Shown here one piece after another: positions 1-14,929 of a stretch of DNA of 64,000 nucleotides. The stretch lies in assembly GCA_964016885.1 (NCBI GenBank), contig OZ024743.1:263252001-263316000 (forward strand), in the 5' to 3' direction. Each line of letters begins with the position of its first letter. The first letter of the stretch is position 1. The DNA comes from Eledone cirrhosa (taxonomy: Eukaryota). The notes under the pieces were generated by a model that saw only the letters and a program-made list of their open reading frames with translations, made no database searches and was not told the origin of the DNA. The position numbers and the translations under genes were made by a program.

Positions 1-138
1 CACACATATACACACCCATACATACACACACGTACATATACCTGCGCGTGCATATGCAGTCAGTCAGGCCTACTCATATATACACATACACATACACATA
101 TATATATATTTGTATGTATATGTACACACACACATATA

Positions 139-1472
139 TCTCTCTATATATAAAACGGAAGAAGTCTGTCTGTGTGTGTGTATGATTTTTCTGCATTTCC
201 ACATTTCTCTACCGATTTTGATGATTTTTTTTCCAACGATGGTCAACGCGTAATAAACTTTGCCAAAAATTTCCTGCTTCTATGAAAAAATTCGATAAAA
301 CTAAATATATGCTGTAACCCTCTCTCTTACACGCTTATTCCCTCTCTTTACTACCCAACAGCGACAAAAACTTCGTTCAGAAACGCGACATAAACTTTGA
401 AAACTAAGCAACACATCATTTTATACAACAAACATACTCATAACTATAGAGAAGGGGAATGATCTATTATAGAGAGAGACCTCTATAATAGATCATTCCC
501 TCTCTCTATAATTTAACTGCTTTACTGTCTTCATGCTTTGAGATTTAACACACCTCCCTATAGTTTCTTAGCTTTACTTTCTCCGTCACTCTTCCTTCTC
601 TCTATAATATATTATTCCCCATCTCTATAATTTAACTGCTTTACTCTCTCTATCGCTCTTCACTCTCTATATGAAAACACTGTTTTACACACCTCCCTAT
701 AGTTTCTTAGCTTTACTCTCTCCATCGCTCTTCCTTCTCTCTATAATAGATTATTCCCCCTCTCTATAATTTAATGCTAGAGACATATGAATCGGAATGT
801 TTAAATTATTTATATTTTACGACTTTCATTGGTTAAATATTTATATGTCAACACCCATAGTGTTGTACATCTGGCAATTCTGCCGAATACACTGCCAAGG
901 ATGAACCTTTTCCCCTCGGCGTCAGATATCCCGTTCGATTTCCGGCAATCCCAATTCCCGGTGAGACCATGTTTTGCCATGTTCATTAACAAGTCACAAG
1001 GGCAAACATTGTCGGTGGCGGGCATCCATTTGGGGGAGCCATGCTTCTCCCATGGCCAACTTTATGTTGCCTGTTCCCGCGTAGGGAGCAGGAATGGACT
1101 TTTTGCTTATACTCCTCAAGGGATGACACGCAATATCGTCTACAAAGAGGTGCTATAGATGTTGGTGCAGGTGTTGGAGCTATGCCGCCTGGAAAACTAT
1201 TTCCTGGTAGGGTCACTCATGGCGGACAGATCTGACACCCAGCGGCATCAGGGTTACCATCTTGCAACTTTGGTCTGCTAAATTTGCTATTGGAAGATTA
1301 TTAACCCATCATTGATTGTCCAAAATGCTAATTGGTTCGTAACTTTTAATAACCGGTTCAACTGCTTTATGCACTTAATTGATAAGCTTATTCGCTTTCA
1401 AGCCACGTTTACCTGTATGTAACTTTTCATAGCAAATGAACAAACCAGAGCAACGCCGGGCTAAACTGCTAG
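139..1472 (+). mobile_element. Non-autonomous Helitron retaining the 3' end of RepHel
   Basis: Begins A|TC at 139 and ends CTAG|T at 1469-1472, after a GC-rich subterminal hairpin-like motif (ccagagcaacgccggg). It contains a Pif1-helicase C-terminus and internal degenerate tandem repeats (about 480-775). Confidence 0.8.
829..1158 (+). pseudogene. Helitron Pif1-like helicase C-terminal fragment
   Basis: QFPVRPCFAMFINKSQGQTL...FSHGQLYVACSRV...TRNIVYKEVL matches Pif1/Helitron helicase motifs V-VI and the typical C-terminus. Confidence 0.9.
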
Positions 1473-2256
1473 TATGTGTATATATATACACACACACACA
1501 TATATATATATACACTCACACACAGACACACCCACACACACACGTACGCACACATATGAAAATAAACTACACAAATATTTGGAAAGTTCATAGAAACACG
1601 CATATGATGCTGTACACCAGGGAGTGCACAAAGAAATTTTACGTGAAGAAATACGTAAAAAATACAAAAAAGTACATATGGGCAATACGTCAAAGAATGC
1701 ACGCAGCATCTCACATAGCGGTATATACGTATATGCAGACACACTTTGATGCACACTTTGACTGAGTTGGCATTATGGTGCTAACGTGAAATAATCCACA
1801 TACAGAAACCTTATAAACAAAATTACATATGGGAAGCTCATAGAAACAATGCAAAGGGTATACTTAAAACATATATAAAAAGTATATAAACAATATACAT
1901 GAGGTTGTACATGAAAAAATACATAAAGTGTTACATAATGGAAACGTAGAGAAAATACACACACTACATAAAAAATATATATGCAGAGAGTACGGAAGAA
2001 CAGTTTGTAACGGAGTATGTTACTGTGGCTGAAACAGAGTGCCTTAGTGATGTGTGATACGGGATTGAATACCCATGGAAATTGAACCGCTGTGTCCTGG
2101 TTACTGCGACGGCGGTGTTTAAGATAAAGTACAGTCAAATTGCAGCATTGAGTGTGTCGACATGCCCCCCACGGCATACATAGTCATCAAGGTATGGTGT
2201 CAGATCTCATAGACCCACGCCACCACCCCGACTGACGTCTGCTTCCCCGTGTGGCT

Positions 2257-2600
2257 CTAGTTGGGGCCATCCGGAGGTATCCATGCGGAGAGTGTGCGCC
2301 TTCGTTGGTGTCTACATGTCATGATGATCTCCGTTTTCAGGTTGACTGCGTCATCCTTTAATCTCACTATCTCCATGGCCTCGGGCAGGCACAGCCTGCA
2401 CTTCCTCTCACGGGCCGAATATACATTAGCAAGTTGAACGATACTCCAGTTGAGATCATACGTGGTGCCGCTGTCCTTCAAATCCCATATCAGGTCCGCC
2501 AGCCTAGTGGAGTGTCTCTTGCTCCGGGCCTTGAAAGGGTGTTTTTTTTCTGTTTGATGATAATGGCTTCTTTGATTCTTAAATTGCCCACATTCCTTTC
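2257..2600 (-). pseudogene. Penelope-like element GIY-YIG endonuclease C-terminal fragment
   Basis: YDLNWSIVQLANVYSARERKCRLCLPEAMEI...NLKTEIIMTCRHQ fits the W..I...Y...CxLC..E...LN.R.E....CRH pattern of PLE endonuclease tails. A decayed HHR-like motif follows at about 2635-2670. Confidence 0.7.
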
Positions 2601-3058
2601 CGTCGTTACTATGGTGACTTCATTGCCTTAGCTGCAGTAAAGAGGGTAATAGCCCTGAAATATCATGTTGAAACGTACTGGGTAAAAGATTACTTTGTTA
2701 TGTTTTATTTGTCATCCTTTGCCTTTTATATGTTTCTGTTTCTACCGCATTGTACCGGCTATTTGAAACTTATCGGTCTATTATTATATATCTCACACTT
2801 CTTCTTATTAACTATACTAATATACTAATATATATATATATATATATTGGGTTAGATCGATGCAGATCGAATAGTGAAACGCGCGTCACCAACCAATAAA
2901 CGTAATGAAGAAGTAACCATTCGTCCTTGTTTTATTTTATTATACTACACTCTGTCTAGCTCTACACCTCGATACCGACGTGAACCTAAACATCGAGTGC
3001 TCACCCGGGTGAACCTACAGTAACTCCGCGTTACACTCCCTTACAATTATATATATAT

Positions 3059-3290
3059 ACTAGCCGAGTTACCCGCGCCTTGCTGCGTTTCACACATAAA
3101 AAAGTAGAGGCATTAACTAATAATTTTTGTTTTCATAATTCTAGTGATGTTTTTCCATAGATAAAATGTCTAAATTAGCCAAATTTTACTATAAAAGAGA
3201 GGTGCTTTTTTTGTTCATTTACGTTTAATTAATAGAAAAATCCCGTGATAATAGATGTTCCAATACTGAAGTTATGGGCTTACAAAATTT
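3059..3290 (-). mobile_element. Helitron 3' end fragment
   Basis: The reverse strand reads cgcagcaaggcgcgggtaactcggCTAGT, a subterminal hairpin-like motif followed by CTAG. Confidence 0.55.
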
Positions 3291-3875
3291 TGTGTAAGTA
3301 TGTATGTACACGTACATACATATATGTATACGGACGTACAGTAGTATGTATATATATATATACATGCACACATATATATATGTACGTATGGGTTTACCGA
3401 ACATTTATTATAATGTTCGGTTTGTTTGTTTGTAAACGTCTGAAAGTATATACTTTCCTTGTGCATATTAACGTTTGTTTGTTTGTAAACAAACAAACGT
3501 TAATATGCACAAGGAAAGTATATACTTTCAGACGTTCAATCATCTGGCAGAAAGCTATACGATGCTGACGATAGCTAATAAGCTTGAAACTAGTACATTG
3601 TTCCTGTGTCAGTGTTGAACAAAAGGGCGACGATGGTTTCCTGAACATTGTACGGCGTAATTCGGGCTGTTTGTTTGTTGTTTACAAACAAACAAACCGA
3701 ACATTATAATAAATGTTCGGTAAACCCATACGTACATATATATATGTGTGCATGTATATATATACATACTACTGTACGTCTGTATACATATATATATGTA
3801 CGTATACATACATACTTACATTCATGTATCAGCCGTACTAAGAGTGAGAAATGAAATTTCGTTTCATTCTTTTCC

Positions 3876-3876
<1 letters not shown>
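3290..3876. mobile_element. Fold-back copy of HHR family A (related to 38195-38440 and 59072-60314)
   Basis: Inverted arms meet near 3484 (gtttgtttgtttgtaaacaaacaaac). The sequence is shared with the other two loci. Confidence 0.8.
3560..3600 (+). ncRNA. Type I hammerhead ribozyme (family A)
   Basis: cgatg-CTGACGA-t agct aata agct t-GAAA-ctag-TA-cattg. Stem I is cgatg/cattg, stem III is the palindrome ACTAGT, and the cleavage triplet is GUA. Confidence 0.8.
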
Positions 3877-3917
<41 letters not shown>

Positions 3918-4639
3918 GAGTGTGTGTGTGCCCGCGCGGTGCAAAACACTGCGCTGTGTTAACATGAAATAGCAACACATTCGTTCAATAAATAGAGATC
4001 GATGAAATATGTACGAGACTGAATTACATATTGGTGTCGATATAATCGATTAAAGGGTTTGAGGCGGTGCCCAAGTCTGGGCACAGTCCAATGACTGAAG
4101 CGTGTAAACAATTAAAATGTTTAAAAGAATAAAGATTTGGAAAAAAAAATATTATGTATATATAACAGAACATTTATATTGTGTTAGTTGACAGATGTTT
4201 GTTTCTTTGGAGAGCGATGTAATCACAGTATATCTATGGTACTTTCAAATGAATGATATTCTGGTATTTGCATTCTATATGTGTGGTGCATTGGAATATA
4301 AGATATTGTGTCTGTTTCTTTATGTTTTGAATCAATAGCGAGCTCGTAGAATATTTAAATATCAAGGATACTGACGATTGTGTAGAGGCAACTCGTATAC
4401 CATTGTTAATTAAATATTAATGTAAAACCTTAATTAGCCGTTATTGTACAATCATAATTAACTGCTAATATACAAACAGTTAATTAGCAACAACTAATTA
4501 ATTGAACACATCTTATATGAACATGTACAGCAGTTATCAGTTAGTTAGCCAAGTCCGATCTATATTTATTGAATTAGCTTTGACCCATGGTTCAATATTT
4601 GAATTATGCAAACTCTATAACGAAAACTACAATGAACAT

Positions 4640-4849
4640 ATTGGTTCGGCTGAAGAGTTCATAGACTGACAATGAAGGAATTATGCTAGCGCTGTGAAAT
4701 CTTGCATGCATTAATTTCAACTCTTTTTATTAATAACTACATTGTTTTTTTTTTAGAGACTATGTTGAAAACTAAACCTCATTTGGTCATGCCATGGGAG
4801 TATCTTGGTCAGCCTATGAACTTTTCAACCTTTCAGCCGACTCTCGTAT
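4640..4849. mobile_element. Mariner-like MITE
   Basis: Terminal inverted repeats tcggctgaagagttcatagactgac / gtcagcctatgaactttt...cagccga. The right end reads ctcgTA. Confidence 0.6.
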
Positions 4850-5319
4850 AATATCAAATTTTCAACACATTACAAGTATTAAATGTTGAAATTTAAAAAA
4901 AATTATGTTTGTCAAATGTTGTGTTCATACCCACATCGCACGCCTTAATGACCTAGTGCCTCATGGATTAAAAATAGACTCTTCAATAGCCCATAAACAT
5001 TGTAAAGTAGATCACGTCTTATAATGCCGAGTTCCTCAAGTAAAAAACACATTATCATGTGTCACCATCATTATCATCAGTTTATCATTCACTTTTTCCC
5101 TTGAAGCATTGACTTCTGGTAGAACTGTAGGAGCACTGTAGTGATATATGGCGTGTCTTGGGCACTTTAAACCTGGCAGAGTCCATCCCCATCCAGGTCT
5201 GAGAATATACGGTTTCTTCCAGAAAAGGAGAGAAAAGTGATAGAGAGGAAGTGAGAAAGAAATATAGCGGAAGAATCGACCCCAGTACTGGAGTGGTACT
5301 TTATTTTGCTACCTCAAAA

Positions 5320-5510
5320 TAATTGTTTCTATTTTAGGCACAAGGCCAGCAATTACCCAGTACATTACTGGTACTTTATTTTATCGACCCCGTAAAGATG
5401 AAAGGCAAAGTTAACCTCGGCGGGATTTGAACTCAGATCATAAAGGGACGTAACTCTATGCTTCAAAGCATGGTGTCCCACTCTCTACCGATACTGCCAA
5501 TACACCGCCC
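5320..5510 (-). mobile_element. tRNA-derived SINE (major family), inserted in an older SINE copy
   Basis: A box TGGCAGTATCGGT, B box GAGTTCAAATCC and core gcctttcatc..ggggtcgataaaataaagtaccag on the minus strand. The target duplication is cctcaaaataat. Confidence 0.85.
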
Positions 5511-6049
5511 TTGCTTCCTCAAAATAATGAAAGGCAATGTTGACTTGGACTCAGAATGCAGCGAACCAGATCTAATACCTCTAAGCTTCTAACGACTCTG
5601 CCAATTCAACGGCTTTTTATCATTCATTTATTAGTAGAATTGCTATTGTTGGGATCATGACTTCAGCTTATAAAAGAAAGCGATCTATGCACTATGTGAT
5701 TTACAGTTGGGGTTGCTCTCAGCTGATTCTAATGAGGATACTTTTTCCATCGTAATACTTATATGTATTTAGATGATTGGAGCATCATATGTTTCGAATC
5801 CACGGTTAAAGTTTAGCACTGGGGATCGAATAAGAATCTTTTCTAACTCATTGATTAGCTGACGTCTGATTCTCAGTTGGTTCCAACACACGAGTCTCTG
5901 TGTAGATGTTACAAGAATTCACCAAACTTACGTCTTCATTGAATTTCCTCAGTAGTTATTTGGTAGCCTTATATTACCAATATTTCCTCTCGTCTATGGT
6001 CTTATATTACCAATATATATTTAATGCTTTTTATATTCTTATTTATCAG

Positions 6050-6171
6050 ATCCTGTTTACACCATGCTAGAGCTTACAGACTTCATATCACTCTATGGAG
6101 ATCGTTTGTACATGACCATTTTAGATGCCATTCGAGGAATCGAAATTCCCCTTTCTACTTACAACAGTGAG
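6050..6171 (+). CDS. Candidate internal exon of an unidentified host gene
   Basis: Pyrimidine-rich tract and tcag| acceptor, open frame (D)PVYTMLELTDFISLYGDRLYMTILDAIRGIEIPLSTYNSE, and consensus GAG|gtaagt donor in non-repetitive sequence. Confidence 0.6.
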
Positions 6172-6290
6172 GTAAGTTTTAGAATCAGCAAACTATTTAA
6201 TAGAATATTAAAGGAGATAATGATTCCTATAGTTTTACGTGATGCAAAACCGCTTTTATTACGTCGATGCTCCGCTTTCCCGGAAAACAT

Positions 6291-6455
6291 TAATAATTGT
6301 TTCTTCATTTGGCACAAGGCCAGCAATTACCCAGCACATTACTGGTACTTTATTTTATCGACCCCATAAGGATGAATGGCAAAGTTAACCTGGGCGGGAT
6401 TTGAACTCAGATCGTAAAGGGACGTAACTATGCTGGAAATCATGGCGTCCGACGC
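6291..6455 (-). mobile_element. tRNA-SINE, head truncated
   Basis: Homologous to 5320-5510. Confidence 0.8.
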
Positions 6456-7474
6456 GATAACGAAATAGCTAAAAATAAAAAAAATTAAAAATGTAGACAA
6501 GTCATGATTTCGACAAGACAGGAACAATATTGTTTGTTCATACACTTTTTAAAAATTATAAATAGCTTGTCTAAGTAAAATATCGTTATTTACATCTACT
6601 TTTCTAACATTCCACTCTTACAAAAGTTATCGTGGAACCCCTTTATACAAATTCTAACTCGTGTGTATTTGTTTATCGTATATGTTCAATCTAGTCTACG
6701 CCACGTATATTATGTATGTTTACTTATTTCTGTAAGCTGTATGTGTTAATTCAGTCATATGACTTGTATGTATGTTCACTATTGCTTAAGACTAAAATAA
6801 AACCGTTTCTTAACCTCTGACAAACAGTAGTAATAATAATAAATACGAAGATCAAAATCCAAAGAGGACTCTCAATTTAAAGATATTGTGTTTAATGTTA
6901 ATCACCAACTTTCGATATATCCACAACGACTTCTTGAAAAGGGACGTGGACTTAAAACATTGCTAACATTATCCTTTTTCACATGGCCTACTAGACTAAC
7001 ACTACTTTCATTTTATTATAATTCCATTACATTAACTAACAACTAGTCAAGGTTCTCGTATTCAGAGTTTTACTTAATAAATCAAGCACATCAAGTACTT
7101 TATTCCCTGTCTATTACGAAAGACACTTCGTTAATTAGAATAAGTGAAGGCCATTACATCGTTTCAAAGGAGTCAGTTATTCTTCTCATCCATAAATTTA
7201 ATCAAGATTTGACGATGACGACAACGACAACAGCAACAACGACAAAAAGCACAATAACATTATTCAATTCAATCCTACATTGTTCTTTGAAATGTTTCAG
7301 TTTCTTTTGGTATTTGAACCAAATTCAATTTTAGATATCAATTTTAGATATCAATGATAACTTCCGGATAGAAGAATTGAATATTACTTAATATGATAAC
7401 ACATATACAAGCGTACGCACATATGCATTCATACACATATATATGTATCCACTCATATAGTCTCTCTTCCAGCC

Positions 7475-7550
<76 letters not shown>

Positions 7551-7931
7551 CGCGCACACATACACACAGATTTATATGGATACAGAGATAAAGGTAGACA
7601 CATATATAACTAAGAGAGTGAGATAGGTGAATAGATATACAGATAAACGTATGCTTATATACATCCGTCCATCCATCCATTCACATAGACATATTGATTG
7701 GTAGACAGATAGAAACATATACATCGATAGCTTTCTCCTTCTCTCTCTTACCTCCACAAACAAAAACACGTACGCATATACGCTCTCCCCCCCCCCCTCT
7801 CTCCAAAAATATCTTACCCACAATGTAAGTAGGTAATTGTTAGCTATAAACAGTAATTGAATAAATTGAATAAAATATCACTGGAGATGAAAATCATGAA
7901 CAAAGACGCCTGAGGGAATCGAACCATAACA

Positions 7932-7998
7932 CTGTTATTTATAGTTACTAATTTTTATTTATAGTTGTTTGCATTGTGGCTAACACATCATATATATA

Positions 7999-8045
<47 letters not shown>

Positions 8046-8068
8046 ATATATATATGTGTGTGTATATA

Positions 8069-8117
<49 letters not shown>

Positions 8118-8210
8118 GTGTATATATATATATGTATATATATATATATGTGTATATATATGTATATATATATATATGTGTATATATATGTATATATATA
8201 TATATATGTG

Positions 8211-8261
<51 letters not shown>

Positions 8262-8278
8262 GTATATCTATATATATG

Positions 8279-8331
<53 letters not shown>

Positions 8332-8336
8332 GTATG

Positions 8337-8370
<34 letters not shown>

Positions 8371-8383
8371 TGTATATGTATAT

Positions 8384-8438
<55 letters not shown>

Positions 8439-8528
8439 TATAAATATGTATGTATATATATATATATATATGAATATATATATGTATATATATATATGTA
8501 TATATATATGTATATATATATATTTATG

Positions 8529-8565
<37 letters not shown>

Positions 8566-8726
8566 GTATATATATATGTATATATATATGTATATATATG
8601 TATATATATATATATGTATATATATATATGTATATATATATGTATATATATATGTATATATATATGTATATATATATGTATATATATATGTATATATATA
8701 TGTATATATATATGTATATATATATG

Positions 8727-8815
<89 letters not shown>

Positions 8816-8843
8816 GTATATGTATATGTATATATATATGTAT

Positions 8844-8875
<32 letters not shown>

Positions 8876-8888
8876 GTATATATATATG

Positions 8889-8935
<47 letters not shown>

Positions 8936-8949
8936 GTATATATATATGT

Positions 8950-8995
<46 letters not shown>

Positions 8996-9017
8996 GTATA
9001 TGTATATATATATGTAT

Positions 9018-9059
<42 letters not shown>

Positions 9060-9133
9060 CTATGTATATATGTATGTATATATATATGAATATATATATG
9101 TATATATATATGTATATATATATGTATATGTAT

Positions 9134-9173
<40 letters not shown>

Positions 9174-9202
9174 CTATGTATATATGTATGTATATATATA
9201 TG

Positions 9203-9233
<31 letters not shown>

Positions 9234-9346
9234 GTATGTATATATGTATGTATATATAAATATATGTATATATATATATATATATATGATGTGTTAGCCA
9301 CAATGCAAACAACTATAAATAAAAATTAGTAACTATAAATAACAGA
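7932..9346. repeat. About 1.3-kb (TA)n/(TATG) microsatellite bracketed by an approximately 58-bp perfect inverted repeat
   Basis: ctgttatttatagttactaatttttatttatagttgtttgcattgtggctaacacatca at about 7932-7990 and its reverse complement at about 9288-9346. The ORF track gives MFALWLTHH on both strands. Confidence 0.9.
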
Positions 9347-10507
9347 TTATTGTTTAAGCAAAGAATTGCTGCTTTCAACCTTAACGGGATCTTCTGAAAC
9401 TAACAAAGTCAATCTGTGAACGCAGAAGTGAATATTTCAAAAAACATCGCAACCGGAGGAAGACAGGAAGACGATACTTTGGTTCGTGGAAACGTTCCCT
9501 GGCAAAGAACGGGAAAAAACGAATATAATACATCATTATTTGGAGCGATGAAAAACAATTACACGCAAAGACAAAACCACGTTTATGGTATAAAAGAAGT
9601 CGTAGACTAATATTCTATTACGTAGTTCATAGAGACGTTCTCTGGCAATGAACGAAAACAACGGAGATAATACGTCATATGTGGAGCGGGGAGAACAATT
9701 GCACGCAAAGACAAAACCACGTAAATGGTATAACTGAAGTCGTAGGCTAAAATTCTTACTAGGAAACCGAATGATTCTCGGCTCCAGAGTTAAGAATAAA
9801 GTAGATAAAATACAGAGGTAAATGAAATTAAATAAATACATACACGCATCCATATACGTATATACAAAAGCATACGCAAAAACCCTCGCCATAGGTATAC
9901 AAATACACGCACGTGCAAAAAAAACAAAACCCACGCACATACAGAACCCACGCAACGCCTGTACCCTCACGCATACGAATGTATACACCAAATACATATA
10001 AAAATATATATTAAAAAAAATAAATATATATGTGAGTGTGTGCGTGTATACATATAATTAAATAAACGTATATAAATAAATAAATTCGTATATAACAAGC
10101 GCACACACATACCTACATGTAAATACACAAATGTTCGGAGACGTACGTCAACCAAAACATGAAGTACACATATACACACTAACAACATACGTACAAACCC
10201 GCATACTCACACAGACGCAAAACTCCCGTATACACATAACCAAAAGCATATGTACCAGAATATATAAAAATATACGCCATAACATATACAATCAAATATA
10301 CGTACGAGAAAGTATACGTACCTTCACAAAACATACAGGTAATATATACTTACCTATACAAATAAGTAATGGTATAAACATAAGAAATACTTAACTACCA
10401 CATCAAGACGTAAAATATCCGCGTATTGGTCGTACTATCCGTTATGGTATAATGTGGGGCTGTAATACAGGAAAGTTTTGTGCAATTTATGTTTACAAGC
10501 CAAAATA

Positions 10508-12730
<2,223 letters not shown>

Positions 12731-13095
12731 AAGTCATAAATATATTTGTGTGTTTTGCAACGGGTCACTTTATGGCTCAATGAAGAATTAATAAATTAAA
12801 TAATCAGAGCTATATATCATAAAACATGTCTATAGCATCACCAGATAAAATATATACCGTTTCCTCTCCCAATTAGCATAATTAACCATATAAAAAATCA
12901 ATTAGACCAAGCTATAAGAATAAAAGCTCCTATGAAGAAATCTCCGACAAATAACCGAAAGCAACCCTTTCGCGGCGGTTACTACGGGTCATTTTTCGAA
13001 TATTTCGACAGCATGTATAAATCGACCAGATATACAGTCAACTAAACATAATTAGGTGTAAAATAAACTAGAAGAAAAGTGTACATATTTAATAT

Positions 13096-13173
13096 ACCTC
13101 TACCATGGTTTCATCCGCATTTTAAGACATCCGATAACATTGGATATCTAGAGCTTCGGATTCTTCAGGAAGT
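13096..13173 (-). ncRNA. Type I HHR with enlarged stem II (family B)
   Basis: Minus strand: acttc-CTGAAGA-atccg...cggat-GAAA-ccatgg-TA-gaggt. Stem III is the palindrome ACCATGGT. An inverted repeat lies adjacent at about 13193-13230 / 13316-13354. Confidence 0.75.
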
Positions 13174-13648
13174 TAGCTCAAATTTAGACAAAAATTTAGA
13201 CAATTAATTTTCCAAAGTGATCGCGCCAAAAATACATTCAAAAATAGCTAAGAGTCGTGACGTGGCAGCGGTCAAGTTAGAAAGGATGTGATTAGTTGCT
13301 TACGGCTGGTAGGCTTTTTGCGCGATCACTTTGGAAAATTAATTGTCTAAATTTGAATTTATAATAATATTTGATTACTGGAGTTGGCACCAGTATGAGC
13401 ACTAGATGCTCTCACTATTATGTATGAGATAAAGAAGTTTCACTATGAAATATTTTTATATTTTTATTGCATAAAGATATTTTGATTTGAGTCCACACAT
13501 ATGATGAAGACATCGATATAGATATATCGCATCGATAAAGACCGTGAACCAATAGCTTGTGATATGCCTGTAACCTTCGATATGGAAACAATTTAAACAG
13601 ACAACAAAATAAAAACAATTTAAAGTGAAACTTCGTTAGCTAATATAT

Positions 13649-13739
<91 letters not shown>

Positions 13740-14537
13740 TTCAGGTTATCAATAATGTAGTGATAATATATCGTTACGTTAGAGATGAACAGCGTACGTG
13801 CAGGTTTGCTCAACGAGTATAAATTATATTCCGGAGAAATGTAGAAAGGATGAATATAAAATGAAAGTGCTTTTGTTAAAAATTATAAATACTACCAGGA
13901 TTGAACGCCTGTCTCTATCCCCGTTTGATTGTCAAAATAGATATGAACATTCTTTATTAGTCTTAATTCTATCAACTCTTCTATTATTTACCTTTTAATA
14001 CAAACTGCTATAGATAAAATGAGATTTCTGATTTCTTGATTCAATTCCCTAATGCATATACCAGTTGGCTACTAGCATTGATGTTATTTAGTAGCAATCG
14101 AAATCTCCCCCTTCCCCAATTGACACTTTATAATTAATACTACTGCACCAAATGACCAGCCCTGTCCACTGTCCAGTTGGTCAAGTAGAGATTAAAATTG
14201 GCACTCCCAAAATTCTTATTTAGATTTACTCATGGTATTCTCATTAAAAACCCATTATATACTTGTCTAGCAGTAAATTATTTTACCATCTGTCATATAC
14301 TATCCCCTCTGTTCCTTCCTCTTTTACTAATATAAATACTTCAATTTTTCTGATTTTATCCAGTTTATCCAAAATCTCTGAAGTGACAACTGATTATACA
14401 TTTGCTATCGAATACTTGCTAACATTATATGATTACGCAAGCAGCGATACATAGGTATTCGGTCTGTTACAGAAACATATGTCAACACCTAATAAATTCC
14501 TTTTTTAACAAAAGCACTTTCATTTTATATTCATCCT

Positions 14538-14571
<34 letters not shown>

Positions 14572-14630
14572 GAACACTGGAGGGTTATATCTGTAGTAGT
14601 AGAGCACTCAGTCCATGGGACGAGTTTGGT

Positions 14631-14754
14631 AGAAGTAGTTCCACAACAGTTAGTTCACCATACCGAGAACAAATGTTTCACCTTGTGCGGATCCTCACCT
14701 TGGCGAGCTGAAACATTTGTTCTCGGTATAGTGAACTGACTGTTGTGGAACTAC

Positions 14755-14758
<4 letters not shown>
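14631..14758. repeat. Fold-back hairpin (about 50-bp arms) with a decayed HHR-like core
   Basis: agaagtagttccacaacagttagttcaccataccgagaacaaatgtttca with a near-exact reverse complement at about 14709-14758. Minus-strand relic gTGAGGA-tccgcacaaggt-GAAA-catttgtt. Confidence 0.7.
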
Positions 14759-14800
<42 letters not shown>

Positions 14801-14929
14801 CTTGGGTAGGGTCATATTTGTGTAATATTGCCAGAATTAATAACAGAACACACTCAGAATGGTTGAATAAGAAAAAACTAGAAGAAAGGAAAATAGAATA
14901 TTCTCAAAAATACCCAGATAACATGGTTG

